A DNA stretch of 64,000 bases from the human T2T-CHM13v2.0 reference genome, Homo sapiens, in the NCBI RefSeq assembly GCF_009914755.1, contig NC_060932.1; one strand, given 5' to 3'. Shown here piece by piece: positions 31,609-45,545 of the stretch (its first letter is position 1; every line of letters begins with the position of its first letter). Below the pieces are notes generated by a model. That model saw nothing but the letters and a program-made list of their open reading frames with translations. It was not told the origin of the DNA and made no database searches. The translations under genes and the position numbers were made by a program.

Positions 31609-31902
31609 TTTTTTTCTTTTTTTCTTTTTTTTTTTTTGAGACAGAATCTCATTTTGTTGCACATCCTGAAGTGCAGTGGTGTGATAACAGCTCACTGCAG
31701 CTTCAGCCTCCTGGGCTCAAGAGATCCTCCCACCTCAGCCTCCCGAGTACCCAGGACCACAAGCATGCACCACTATGCTTGACTATTTTTTTTAAGAGAC
31801 AGGTTCTCACTATGTTGCCCAGGCTGGTCTCAAACTCATGGGCTCAAGTGATCCTCCACCCATGCTGGGATTACAGGCATGAGCCATACATAGCACCCGG
31901 CC
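31609..31902 (-). mobile_element. AluJ
   Basis: T-tract, gagacagaatctc...ctgggctcaagagatcctcccacctcagcc...gggattacaggcatgagcc...cccggcc. Confidence 0.88.
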
Positions 31903-33297
31903 AATTTTTTGTATTTATCTAAAAGTTGTATTGCCTCAAGTTTTCACCAGTTTCCTTTTTAATGCACAGAGCAAGATTTGGGAAGATCCTAATAACTTAC
32001 TGTTTTGTGTTGCTTTGGAGATTTTCAGTATCTATCAGAAATCTTCATATATTTAGCAATAAACATGTATTACTTTATCAAGAATATTCATTGTCTTACC
32101 TTTTTTCCAAGGCAGCCAAGTAACTTCACATTGAAAACGACAATGATCTGTTTACATGACCAAGTGCTTAAAAATAAAAAGTAAGAAAATTTTAAACCAC
32201 AGCATTAATAAAAGCAAAAACAAAGTACAGTGTATTACCTCTGTATTACAGTCATTGTCTCTTGACAATTTAAAGGCTAGAGCACAACATTCTACTCCCC
32301 GTTTGACTTTTCACCTGTCTCTATTTTTCAGCATCCAATAAAAATAAGATTGATGAGAACACAAGTACACTTAGTGTTACATCTTTTACTTTCATTTCTG
32401 AGATGCCTTAATTCCAGAGAGCAGAACCTAAGGCTAGGGTTTAAAACTTACCCACACGATATGGGGCTATTATTTTCTACTACTATATATTCTTTTTTCT
32501 TTTCTGCGTTACCTGGTTCTCTTAGAATTGATAGTTGTATTGCCTTTATTCAGTATTTACAGAGAAAATTAACATTTTTGAAAGTTTTAATCTTCATTAT
32601 AACCTACTGGTCATTATATGTCTATAACTTAGTAGTTATAGACTAATATTACTCACATGCAGAAAAATAAAACTTAATCTCCATTAGAGGAAACACTAAG
32701 TCCTTTTGTTCTGAAACTCTACTGTAGCTACTGTAGTATAATTGATTTTCAGGGGCTCTGGAATCCTCTGTGTTGGCACAGTCTTACTAAACACAGAAGT
32801 TGGGAGCCTTCTAAGTTCAGGTTCATTGAGAAATCTCCCTCTAAAAGTGCAGAGAAAGAAACCCTATAATAAGGATTGCTTATTTAATCTCATGGCAGAA
32901 TGTCAGAGCTGTCCCACAAGGTTATTATTATGATTTTATTAACATTTTGGCCTAGAGGATCTTCATTGCCTTCTCTCAGACTATAATAGGTGTTCTTTTC
33001 CCTCTTAGCTAAATTAATTCATAAACATTACTTCACATCAACATAATTTCAATTCAACATTTAAAATTTATTGTTATTCACACAATATAAGATATAATTA
33101 ATTTTTTTGTTGTTATATATTTATTCAAGCAATAGAATTTCATCCTGTAAGTCAATTACTTTTTAGGAATTATAGTTTATAAGTAATTAAATTGAACATA
33201 ATTACAGTCCTACATTAATTCAAATATGATTATACCTAATTAGTCTCAAGAAATGTTTGTATTTAAAAGCTACTAGAATTTTTTTATGATTTTAAAG

Positions 33298-33505
33298 GTC
33301 TTCTGGGGTCAAGAACATTTGAATTGTTTAGTTCTTCTACATGAATTACTCAATGGATACCTTAATGAGGAGGGAAATTTTGAAGTACAAGTTTCTGAAC
33401 CAGTGCCTCAAATGTCATCTCCTGTGGAAAAGAATCAGACATTTAAAAGTGAACAAAGTTCAGATGACCTACGGACAGGTCTATTTCAGTATGTACAGGA
33501 TGCTG
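33298..33505 (+). CDS. VPS13B: VPS13B internal coding exon (208 nt, phase 0-1; likely exon 38)
   Basis: AAG acceptor, donor G|GTAAGT; VFWGQEHLNCLVLLHELL...GLFQYVQDA. Confidence 0.95.
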
Positions 33506-33815
33506 GTAAGTAGCAACAGACTCAGTATGAGAGTGTCTCTGTGCATGTGGTTGCATTTTAAATGCATGTTGACTAAATAAAAACAATCAAGATGGCTTTT
33601 TAAAGTGCGTTAAAATTTGCAGTACAAAAATAGTACATTATCATTCAATCTCTCTTAGGGGAAGTTCTTCATTTCTTTCTGTTCCAGAATATATATAAAA
33701 ATGACCAACTAGCTTCTTTATATCTTTTATTCTCATAATTTCTTCTTCCTTTACTTTTTCCCCTTTGTCATGTTCCCCTTTAAATCATACAATTAATTAT
33801 ACTTTTATTTGACAG

Positions 33816-34000
33816 AATCTTTGAAATTGCCTGGGGTCTATGAAGTCTTATTTTATAATGAAACTGAAGATTGCCCAGGGATGATGTTATGGAGATATCC
33901 AGAACCTAGAGTACTCACCCTTGTACGAATAACTCCTGTACCTTTTAACACCACAGAGGATCCAGATATTAGCACAGCAGACCTTGGTGATGTGCTACAG
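33816..34000 (+). CDS. VPS13B: VPS13B internal coding exon (185 nt, phase 1-0; likely exon 39)
   Basis: CAG acceptor, donor CAG|GTATGT; ESLKLPGVYEVLFYNETEDCPGMMLWRYPEPR...DLGDVLQ. Confidence 0.95.
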
Positions 34001-34619
34001 GTATGTAATGACCATTCATTGTAAAATGAAAACATTGTGGGAAAGGGCTGATCATATATTAGGAAAAATGTTTGGAACATACTTACTTCTTACATTAATA
34101 GTATCAGAGAGAAATACACATCTGTGTGTGTGGTGTGTGTGTATCCACACACATATATAATGGGATTTTAAAAAATAAGGTAATAATGTAATCCAAATTC
34201 ATGATACATGGCAATTTTAAGAGTTCTCAATTCTACTCTCCATTTTATTGTGAGTAGATTATAATGGGACAAGGAGGTGTCATTTAGTTCACCACTCCTT
34301 TATTAAGTGCCTATCATGTGTTCACACTCTTCAGAGTTTCTAGAACCGCCCCATGAAACAAAATATGCCCATGTAAGGCTAGAAAGAGATGACTGTAGTT
34401 TTCATTTCCATAGCTGAAATGGTCTTGGGGCTTGAGGTAGGCTGATTTTTCTATTAAAGAAAAGGTCTAACCTGTGATCATATTCCCTAAGGTTTTGTGA
34501 AAGTGTGTTGCTTGTTATTCCGAGTTTAATATAAATGTCATTGTGGATATCACTATGTTATCTTTGTACTTACTAATGTTCTACTGATAGGAGTTTCTCT
34601 TAAAATTTGTTTCTCCCTT

Positions 34620-35375
34620 AATCTTCCACCTATTACCAGATCATACAACCATCCACTCAAAATCTACAGGTCATTCCTGATTGCCTTCTTTCCCTACTTC
34701 CCTGCGTCAAAACCCATCAACAAGTCCTGTCAGTTCTGCCTACAAAATATGTCCCTATTCCATCTACTTCTCTGTTTCTGCTGATACAACTTGAGTTCAA
34801 GCTGCCATCTTCTGTTCCCTACTCCAGTAGCTTCCTAATTGGCCTCTATGCTTCTGTTCTTGACCACTTGGAATGCATTCTCCAAATAGCAGCTAAACTG
34901 ATATTTTTTAAATGTAGGTTATACTATATCACTTCCCTAACTTAAAACCCTGTGGTGACTTCCTCTAATACTTAGAACAAAATTCAGATCTCTTGCTGTG
35001 GCCTGCAAGGACCTATAGTCTGGACTCTGCTCACCTCTCCAACTGGAGTTCATGCCAGTTTCTCCCTTTCTCATGATCCTTTAGCCACTCTGGCCTCCTT
35101 TTTCTCCTTGAGCAGACCACCTGTCACATTACCAACCTTGGTCTTCGTCAGTCAGGTACCAGCTCAAATGTCATATCCTGACTAGCCCACTACAACTACT
35201 TCATTCTGTATTGCATTTCCTTGTTTTGCTTTCTTATAGTTCTTACTGCTAGTCCTAATTATGCATTTGTTTACTTGCGTGTGATCTTTCTACTGTTAGA
35301 AAATAAGCTCCTTATATGTCTTGATGATGTATCTCCAGCCTCTGGTACATAGGTACACTCACCAAATGTTTGAAG
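34620..35375 (+). mobile_element. L2 LINE fragment
   Basis: Pyrimidine-rich L2 3' motifs (cccatcaacaagtcctgtcagttctgcc, cagctcaaatgtca, ggtacactcaccaaatgtttg). Confidence 0.65.
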
Positions 35376-35435
35376 TGACTGCTCTGTTCTTAACAAATTA
35401 GTTTTATAATACAAATCAGCTACATATTAATATAA

Positions 35436-35759
<324 letters not shown>

Positions 35760-36014
35760 GAATTCTACTGTCTTATCAGACTTGCCTAAATGCAGAATAT
35801 CTGTAGATTTTCAATCAACATGAAAATACGCATACATTAAAGTTTTAACTTCATGTAAGGGCTAAAGGTTTATAGTTATAGCTAGATATTAACACATTTA
35901 TTAACATAAGTGTAATAACTAATTATTGGTGGTATGATGTAAATTATATTAATTAAGGCATCTAAGATAGTACATTTACTAGTGGCATATTTTCTATCTT
36001 CTCACGGTTATTAG

Positions 36015-36262
36015 GAGAGCATAGTGATTAAGAGGATGAACTATAGCCAGAATGCCTGGGTTCAAAGTCTTGCTCTAGCACTTGCAAACATTGTCACATT
36101 AGACAAGTAACAACCACTCAGGTTGGATTTTTGTTTTACTTTTTATTCCAACAACAAAATGAGGCTAATAATAATGTGATGATTGTAAGAATCAATATTT
36201 ATAAAATACATAGAACTGTGCCTGGCACATAGCAAATGTTATATAAGTATGACTATTACCAC
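36015..36262 (+). mobile_element. MIR SINE
   Basis: gcctgggttcaaagtcttgctct...aaaatgaggctaataata...agaactgtgcctggcacatag. Confidence 0.65.
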
Positions 36263-36267
36263 TATTA

Positions 36268-36500
36268 CAGATTCAGCAGTCTAATCCAAAAATCTGAAAT
36301 CTAAAATACTCCAAAATCCAAAACTTTCTGAGTGTTAACATGATGCTCAAAGGAAATGCTTATTGGGGTATTTCAGATTTTGAATTTATGGATTAGGGAT
36401 CTTCAACTAGTACGTATTTGCAAATATTCCAAAATCTGAAAAATATCTGAAATCCAACACTTCTGGTCCCTAGCATTTTGGATAAGGGATACTCAACAGA
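36268..36500. mobile_element. Tigger4a/MER46-like DNA transposon relic
   Basis: aatccaaaaatctgaaatc...atgctcaaaggaaatgct...ttggataagggatactcaac terminal inverted repeat-like ends. Confidence 0.8.
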
Positions 36501-38232
36501 TATTATGATGACTATTGTCCAAACTCCTTTCATCAAGTAGAAGCACAGGCTAGACCAAGGAGATCTGGAGTATGATGGATGACTCTACAGACCAGCTGGA
36601 GTAGTCCAGGAGATCAGAGAGTCCCAGGGACCCAGACAGTAGCCTTGGCATATAAGCAAAACACAGCCTGGCAGATTTCAGCAAGCAAAGAGTTGGTATC
36701 AAAAAGGTCTTGCTATGTTTCATATTTTGTTGGAGAAATGAAGATCCTATATGTGGGCAAAATTCAAAGACAGGGATGCTGGCCTAGGGAGCAAGACAGG
36801 GTTGTAACTACCAGAAGTTAGAAAGGAGGGAGAGCTGGATCCTAGTGGTGAGAAGGAGCGCACTCAGAATCTACAACTTGGATCGAGGAACAGATCAAGA
36901 CTGGCAACGAGGCTGACTTGATACCAAGCTGCTGAGCTCTCAGTTCAATTCTCATACTCTCCCAGATAGGAGCAGAGTTTGTCCCAGAGCTTGGAGTGGG
37001 TCTCATCTGTGGAAACAACTCTCTTGAGTTGCAATATTAGAACGATACAAAATATTTTGTTTCATTAGAACTTCAGTTGAGGACAGAACATATGTAACAT
37101 GAATCACAAGTTTGATTTAATACAACAGCTTTCTCCTTGAGGATCTACAGTGCCAGGCCCTGGGCTTGCTCTGGGGGATCCAGAGACAGATAAGACACAA
37201 TCAACTCATTAAAAGCTCAATCCTTCAGTCTAGCAGGGAAATTTCTGTGGTCGTGTGGGGTAGAAGAATCTAATTTCATCTGTTGTCAGAATCATTCTCC
37301 TACCATATGTGATTATTTCTGGTTCTATACTAGAGGCACAGCTAAAATCCTCAACAGCTGATCCTGAATTTCAGGGAGCTTATGAAAGGAAGGCCCTAAT
37401 CAACCTAGTGTATATTATAAAATGGGTTTTGAAGTCTCAGTTGCCACTGTCTCCCCACCCCCCGCCTTATTTTAACTAACTCATTGACCTTGGGCAAACT
37501 ACTGATCTTTTTGAGCTTCAGTTTCCTCAACTGAACATTGGAGTTGATGTTATCTACCTTTCACAGTTGTCGTGGAGTATTATATCTAATACACTTAAAT
37601 AAATAAATGCATTACACATAGTGAGCTCTTAATAAGGGCTTGTTTCCTCCCCTCCGCTTTTTCTTATCACACAAATGCCTAGACCACTAAAAAAGACTCC
37701 TAGATGGAATTCCAGGCTCCAGTATCTCTTCCTTCCAGCCTGTCCTTCTAAGTTTTTAGAGGAACAAATAGATTGTATAATTCCCTGAAGAAAACCTTCA
37801 GTGGCTCTGTTACTCTGCCAGACTGACCTTGAGAGCCCGGCATAAACTGCCCCCATCCCCCAATTTTGCCTTGCAGTCCCTTAGACATGGTCTGTCCTCT
37901 ATCAAACTGGCCTATCTGGCATTCCCCAAACCAACCTATAACATCCTGCTTCCTCTTCATTTGAATCCCTCCCATCTCTGCCAGCTGAATTCCTCCCCAC
38001 ACTTCAGAAGAGCTAAAATGCCATGTAGTCAATGAAGCCTTTCCTAGATGCCATGTTCAAACATGATAAAGCCCTCCTCTGAAATCTTGTAGCACTTCAT
38101 GGTACTACTTTTATGCTATTTTTCACTGTATTCCTCACACTTGAACTTATGTGTCCCCATCTTGTGTCTCTCCTAGATTGTATGTCTGTAAAGGAAGAGG
38201 TTGTATCTAATTTGTCATCATGTCCTTTACAG

Positions 38233-38547
38233 CAGGGTCCCCCAGCCCATGGCCTGTTAGGAACCAGGCCACACAGCAGAAGGTGAGTGGCAGGCAAGCA
38301 TTCCCACCTGAGCTCTGCCTCCCAATCTAATGAGCAGGGGCATTACATTTTCATATGAGCGCAAACCCTATTGTGAACTGCGCATGTGAGGGATCTAGGT
38401 TGTGGACTCTTTATGAGAATCTAACCAATGCCTGATCATCTGAAGTGGAACAGTTTTATCCCAAAATCATCTCCCCACCCCTTGGTCTATGGAAAAATTG
38501 TCTTCTATGAAACCGGTCCCTGGTGCCAAAAAGATTGGGGACCACTG
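38233..38547. mobile_element. MER1B-like hAT-Charlie element with perfect 8-bp TSD
   Basis: cagggtcccc...ggggaccactg ends; TSD ctttacag at 38225-38232 and 38548-38555. Confidence 0.9.
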
Positions 38548-39660
38548 CTTTACAGTATCCATCGCAGTAGAGATGTTCAATAAATATGTTGACTGGATAA
38601 ACGAATCCATGAACTTCCGTGTTCTGTTTCATATCATTCAAAAGTATTACATTATATATCACTATTTTATGGAACGAATGAATGTGTTTTGATTTTCTAC
38701 ACCAAACTATATCAGGGTGCGTTGTGTTATTTTTCAGTGGTATCATCTGTACACACAGTCTAATGTCATTACATTACTCAACCTCTTTGTGATATCATTG
38801 AATAGTCTGCCAAGCTTACCTGCTCCCTTAAACAGTAGCTAATTCTTAAATACAGAGATATATTAATCTCCTTAGGTTTAGTCCTCAAAACAGAATTGAG
38901 TTTAGATGACTTTTTCCTTCAAGACCATTTAATTCACTTAAAAATTGGCCTTATAGAGTTGGCTTATAATACAGAAGCCTCAGATTTGTCTCTTTATATT
39001 CCTCATTCCATGATTGTTGATGAGATTTATAAACAAACTCCCCATATCACTTTATGGAATTTATTTTGTAATTGTAATGAAAAATATAAACATGAAAAAC
39101 ATGTCTATAATAATAAATCAAACTAATCATAGGTTCTGAATAAAAACCTCAAAAGTAATGTTCCTAGAATGCAAAAGCTTATTTTATGGTCAGCTTATAA
39201 TTTTATCATGTGAACTTTTAAATGTTAGTAGTATATTTAGATCTCAATAAAATTAGCATCTGTTAGATAAAGTAATGCCACCAACCTAGGAGTGTTGTGC
39301 AGTTTAAATGGGTCTCAATAAAAGAAATTTCTGGCACTGTATATGGCACATAGTAGGTTTTCCTCTCTCCTAATCCTCCTGTGTGCACTGCCTATTGAGG
39401 ATTCCATTTTGGAAATGCATATGTTCCCAGATTATAAATACTCAATCCATTTTTTGGTAGTAAAATTGGTAATGGGTATTTTAATTCCTATACAGATCTG
39501 TCATGGTTCTTGGCCATTGTCACATGCCAAATGAAGATATCTAAAAGTTTATGGCAACATATAAATGAAAATAAATATGAAAACAAGAAGAATACAATGA
39601 TAAGGGAACAGGAACAAATTCTTAAGATTGAAAATGCCTTTTTTAATCGAGAAAGTGTTA

Positions 39661-39798
39661 GCCACACCTGGCTAATTTTTGTATTTTTAGTAGAGATGGG
39701 GCTTCACCATGTTGGCCAGGCTGGTCTCGAACTCCCGACCTCAAGTGATCTGCCCGCCTTGGCCTCCCAAAGTGCTGGGATTACAGGCATGAGCCACC
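39661..39798 (-). mobile_element. Isolated left arm of an AluS
   Basis: cctggctaatttttgtatttttagtagag...gggattacaggcatgagccacc; no right arm or tail. Confidence 0.88.
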
Positions 39799-40342
39799 AA
39801 AAATTCTATTATTTATAAGTTACCCAGTATGAAGTATTTTATTATAGCAGCATAAACTTTCTAAGACACAGAGAGAACCTAAATGGTAGAGATCTCTGTT
39901 ATTTTTGCTCCAGTGGGCATTTCTGATCACTTGTGTGTTTTGCACCCAGCACTGTGCTGGGTACTTTACATACATAATAACTCATTAAATTTAATTTTAC
40001 TCCATGAGGTGGGCCTCATTCCCATTTTACAAGTAGGAAAACTGAGGCCAAGAAAAAGTTAATTAACTGGTTGTGAATCACAAAATTTATAAGTGAGGGA
40101 GCCAAAATTTAATCCCCAGTCTTTCTGACTATAAAACCTGTTTTTTTCACTTATATGTAAAAAATTGAGATGATACATTAGAATGACAGTGAGCCACCTC
40201 ACTGAGAAATGTGGAAAGAAGGAAAATAGAATTATCCTTTTACTTCAAATGTTAAATCATGAAATAATGAGTTAGACAAAGATATGCAAAGTAACTTTAA
40301 GTCAATAAAAAGACTGCCAAACACACAAGATGGATTGGGTAT

Positions 40343-40707
40343 TGTATTAGTCTGTTTTCACACTGCTGATAAAGACATACCCAAGACTGGCCAATTTACA
40401 AAAGAAAGAGGTTTATTGGACTTACAGTTCCACATGGCTGGGGAGGCCTCAATATCATGGCAGAAGACAAAAAGGAGCAAGTCACATCTTACATGGATGG
40501 CAGCAGGCAAAGAGAGAGCTTGTGCAAAGAAACGCCTGTATTTAAAACCATCAGATCTTGTGAGACCCATTCACTATCACAAGAATAGCATGAGAAAGAC
40601 CTGCCCCCTGATTCATTCATCTCCCACTGGTTCCCTCCCACAACACGTGGGAATTATGGGAGTTACAAGATGAGATTTGGGTGGGGACACAGAGCCAAAC
40701 AGTATCA
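40343..40707 (-). mobile_element. THE1-family (MaLR) solo LTR
   Basis: tgtattagtctgttttcacactgctgataaagacatacc...gggtggggacacagagccaaacagtatca; near 5-bp TSD ggtat/ggttt. Confidence 0.9.
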
Positions 40708-43613
40708 GGTTTTAAGATAGCTAAAGAAAAAACTTTTCCTTTAGGAAGATGACTAGTCAGCTCTGGAGCCCAGGAGGGTCACAGAAATATTTGTTGGAAT
40801 AGATCTTCCTGGCAGCAACCAAAGAAATGGTGCCTAAGAGTCTGGTTCACCTGGTAGCTAAATCCCCTTTATGGAAATGAATGTAGCAGCTGTCAAATCT
40901 CTATGTCTAACATTCAAATCATGTAACCACCTAAATATCCTTCTAATAGTTTGGCTCCCAGTGTAGTCTGTCTACATGGAGAAAGTATATCATACACTGG
41001 TTGAGCCAACATCAGTATCCAGACTGCTTGGCAGTTATACATCTCATGGTAACTTAATAACATAACTTGGCATTTTGTTTATATGTCAGTCTCTAGTGAA
41101 CTTTGTTAGCATGAGTCAGCATTCCTAAGTCTAGTCAGTGCTAGAATACCACTGAAATTTTCTGAGACTCTAGGACCAATGGCTAGATCTTGAATGATGG
41201 TTAATCCATCACATTAAATGCCCTTTTCATTAAATGCCCCTCCCAGCAGGTTGGCCTTTCCCTGATGACATCTCTGTTCAATATGTCACAAACCTTTTCA
41301 AACAAATGTCTATTCTCACTACCTTAAGAGTTATGAGGAGTGGGGATAATGTGTGTGGAGCATTTAGCGTAATGCCTTACATAGTTGAAGACCCAATCAA
41401 TTATTATGACACATCATAAATGGTAGCTGTTACCATCATTATCTTCTTTCCCATATCAATTGATCAAAGAATCTGGGATTCTAATGTGTTAGACCACATT
41501 AGACAGACAAAGCCCTGTTTTCTGAGAAGGAGGTTTTTGTGTTTATAGTCTGTTAATGTCGTAATAATTGTTAGGGATGCTGGCTCTGTGTGTGATTGAT
41601 GAATGCTTTCATTGAGAGCAACTGCTGTAAGAGACACTATCTTCCCCACAGTTATGGTTAGTGGACTCTGGTAGTATGTCGACTACAGTTCTTTAGGTTG
41701 CAGGTAGCAGAAACCCCACTGAAGTTAGCTTAAGCTAAAATGAGGGGGATTAATATCAAGATACAGTGGGCAGTCCTGGAAACAATTGCAAATTGCAGCA
41801 GGGCCTCTGGAAGAACTGGGGCCAGGAATGGAAGATAGGAACCCAGGGGAATATTCACTCGCTATTGCTTTTTCTCTTTTTCTTTCCCCGTATTTGCTTT
41901 ATTCTTCCCTTTCAACAGACTTTTTTTTTCTCCCTTTCTTCTTAGGCCACCCAGTACTTTCCCCACAGCTTCCAGAGCTCCAAAAGTCACATTTACAAGT
42001 CCAGCCTCTGTTTCAGATCCACATTCGTAATTTACCAAGTTTGATATCAGGTGCTCTTGGCCCAGTCAACTTTGGTCATGGGGAGAGCCACGTTTTACCA
42101 ACACGGCTGAATTTGGGGTCATTGTGAGCTTTACAGAAATTTCCCAGGGGATCTATTTTATGTCACATCTCTCTTACTGCTCTTGCTTTCCACCCTGGCT
42201 ATATTGGGCAAACTCATGGTTTGTGTTGACCTCTCACTGACAAAAATTGACTCAATTTTGCTGTGGTTTTTCCAGCTTTTCCCTTTGCAAATATCTGGAA
42301 AAGACATTCTGCTCTGCACATCAAAGGCTATCTGCATCTGGAGAAAAGCCTTACACCATTTTTAAATCCTGTCGCTGTCTTCCCCTAGTATCCTCTCAAA
42401 ATGTAGGTTAGGCAAGGTCCTTTGTCTTACAGACACACATGAGATAGTTTCTTATCTCCAGTGTGCTTAAGATCAATACCTTTCTTGACTAGTGCTTGCT
42501 TTTTAGTGCAATGACTATGTAATACATTGGCAACTTCACAGATTCTATAGTCTTCCAGTTCTAATGAAGTATGAGAGCTTTACATATAAAGTAATTTTCT
42601 TTTTTTGAAATTGAGTTTACAATGTAATGTTTAATGTCTGTAGCTTGATGGTGATTTCATTGTGTTTAGTTTTCTAATAATATTTTATCTACTACTTGTC
42701 CACAGACTGAACTAAAGCTTCATTAAATCTTATAGTTGTGTGGGGTTTTTGTCTTTTTCATAATTACATGGAAAATGTTCTGAGTCAGATAGTAATAGTC
42801 AGTATTATCCAATAAAGTAGAAACTAGACTTTTGCTGCTTTAAATTTGACTTTACAAGCTTCCCGTAATTTTGAAGCACCTGGACCTGATAGGCAAAGGT
42901 TATGATATTAGCACATGATGGCACTACAAAAAGAGAATCCTTCTGAGAGTTATTTGCAATTGAATATGATTTGCCTCTTCCACACATAGCTTAAAAAGAA
43001 TAAAAGGAAGTGTTCTTGGATGTTTCTTTTCAGCTGGGTTGGGCAGTTCACTTATAGCTGCACATATGTTCCCAGAATCCTGAGCCTTTTTATAAGCACC
43101 TCCTGCCCACTGGCAGCTGTACTAATGTGTCCCAGAAGGCTTTGCTCCTATCCATCATCTTTAGGAGGGATGCTCAAAGCCAGATATGAAATTCATTGTT
43201 GTTGAAATGCAGAAAGGAAAATAAAAAGGCCTGGGGGCTTTGGGGAAGTAGGAGGTTGAGCCAGACTCTTAGGAAATAAAGGAAAGGAACAAGTCTTGTG
43301 TATCCAGTGGACACAATAATAAATGTTTTTGAATGATGGGTAACGGTGCTGGATCAACTGCTAAGTGTTTTGCTTCCAGAAGCCATTGCCTCCTTTTTTT
43401 AGACAAAGAAAAATCTAAAATAGAGTGTTCCCTGAATACACTTTTAATCATTCTGTCTTCATAATGTTGTAAAAGTATGAAAAAAAGATCTAGGAATACA
43501 TTAAAAAGAGCCCTGCCTGAGATTTTTGAGATTAACTCAGTAAATACAGATGAAAGGACCTGGGCTAAATGCTGAGAGAGAGACACAAAAGTGGAGAGGG
43601 CTCTAGCTCTTCT

Positions 43614-43777
43614 CTCCTGAAAGGTACCTGTAGGTACAGGTACAGGTACCTCCTGAAAGGTACCTGTAGGTACAGGTACAGGTACCTCCTGAAAGGTACC
43701 TGTAGGTACAGGTACAGGTACCTCCTGAAGGGTACCTGTAGGTACAGGTACAGGTACCTCCTGAAGGGTACCTGTAG
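43614..43777. repeat. 36-bp minisatellite, about 4.5 copies
   Basis: Unit tcctgaa(a/g)ggtacctgtaggtacaggtacaggtacc starting at 43615, 43651, 43687, 43723 and partial at 43759. Confidence 0.97.
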
Positions 43778-45077
43778 TCTTTCAGGAGGGACAAGTACAT
43801 AAAACATGACAGGGCAGAACCTGTGACATGCCACGAAAAAGCCACAGAGAATCTGCCTTTTTAAACGAAGCTTACATTTGAATTGAGACATCAAGACAAG
43901 GCTTCATGGAGGAGATGGTTACTGAGGTGATCCTTGAAGGATGAAGAGGATTAAAACTGAAAAAAAATGGAGTGAAGTTGTATATAAAGAAGAACTCAGT
44001 GAGCAAAATTTCAGAACTGGATAGAGAGGGCAGAACATATTTCTGGGAAGTGGCAAATCATCTGGTTTGACTAGCACAGGTTAGACAAGTATGGGATTAG
44101 TGGAAGAGTGAGTGAGAGGCCGCAGATGTGGCTTCTTAATCTCCATTCATTCCATGGTGGGAAAAGAGAAGGAAACTCATTTTTTGAGCACCTAGTATGT
44201 ACCAAGCACCAAACTTGTCATTTTATATGTGATATCCCTTCTATCTTCCCTCTAACCTTGTATGTACCATTATCTTCACTATAACCCTGTGTGGTATGTA
44301 CTGTTTAGAGCTAAGGTAAATGAGGTTCTGAGAAAAATAATTTTCCCAAGATCATAAAGCAAGTTAAGGGAGTAAAACCAGGATTCAAATCTCAGTTTGT
44401 CGATTTCATAATTCTTTCATCTTTGTTGTGCTACCTTGACTACATTTAGAGTGTGGGGTTTATATTTCATTTGATAGGCATTGGAGAACCACTGGCAGTC
44501 CAGAGCTTTGGAAACATTAGTAGTCTTGTGGAGGTGAAATGAATCAGGAGAGACCAGAATAAGAAGACCTGGTAAGGGTCTTAGAGAGATGAGAGGCTGC
44601 AACCTGAAGGGAGTAGTGGGGAAGGAGAAAAAGAAATGAATGCAAGAGAGGTTATAGAGAAGAAATCTATGTTCTTGACAACTAATATGGTAATTTAATG
44701 AGGAAGTAAGAGAAGTCAAGGTAATTGCAAGATTTAAGCTCAGTGGGATGTGTGGCAAAAGCATTCACACAATTTTGGAAATAAAGAGGAGTGCCTGCTA
44801 TGCTAGGCACTATTCACTTTGTGAGGTGCTTTACACACATTCTATCTAAGCCTGAATCAACCCTGCAGAGAAAGTGTTGCTATCCCCCTATTACAATGAA
44901 GAAGCTGAGGATCTGAAAAGTTAAATGGGGGACCTCCTCTCCCTGAGCAGTGCATGAATTAACAAGAGATTTAACATACAATTTCAGGAAGTTTATAGAC
45001 CCCCCTATAAGCCATGAAAGAGTCTCTCGTGAAGAATCACAAGAACATAAGAGACACTGCTGGGGCTTTTCAGCTCT

Positions 45078-45545
45078 ATGTCAATTAGTATTAGGTTTAG
45101 ATATGAAAGACAGAAAATATGCAATACCAGTAGCTTAGGTAAAATAGAAGTTTATTTCCTTTCACACATGGGAACAGTCTGGAGGTTAGTGATCTAGGAC
45201 TGCGAATGTCTCTACGAAGTCATGAGGACCCATCTTCCTGCTGTATGCTACTCTGCCATCCCCAGCACCCTTTCCTTCATGGTCCAAGATGGCTGTAGAA
45301 GCTTCAAGCATCTTGTTCCTGCTCCAGCCACAAGAATAGGAAAGGACCAAAACAGAGCATGCCTCCCCGCTTTATGGATATGCCTTGGAACCCACACACT
45401 GTCCTGCTGTGCTGCTAACATCCCAGAGCCCAGAATTTTGTCACATGGCCACACCAAGTTAAAAGGGAAATGGGGCTCGTTTGCAGAGGAAGAAAGAAAG
45501 AGGAGATATTGGGAGACAACATCAGCCCTGCTGGCATCACAGCCA
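45078..45545 (-). mobile_element. Old MLT1-type LTR
   Basis: tgtcaattagtattaggtt...agcttaggtaaaatagaagtttattt...catggtccaagatggctg. Confidence 0.5.

Noticed and set aside
43614-43777. CRISPR-like array (36-bp palindromic repeats)
   Set aside because: Units are head-to-tail with no unique spacers, no cas genes, and the context is a human intron.
43565-43894. ORFs with repeated LQVPFRRYLYLY or LLKGTCRYRYRY peptides
   Set aside because: By-product of a 36-bp (multiple of 3) repeat; no splice or start evidence.
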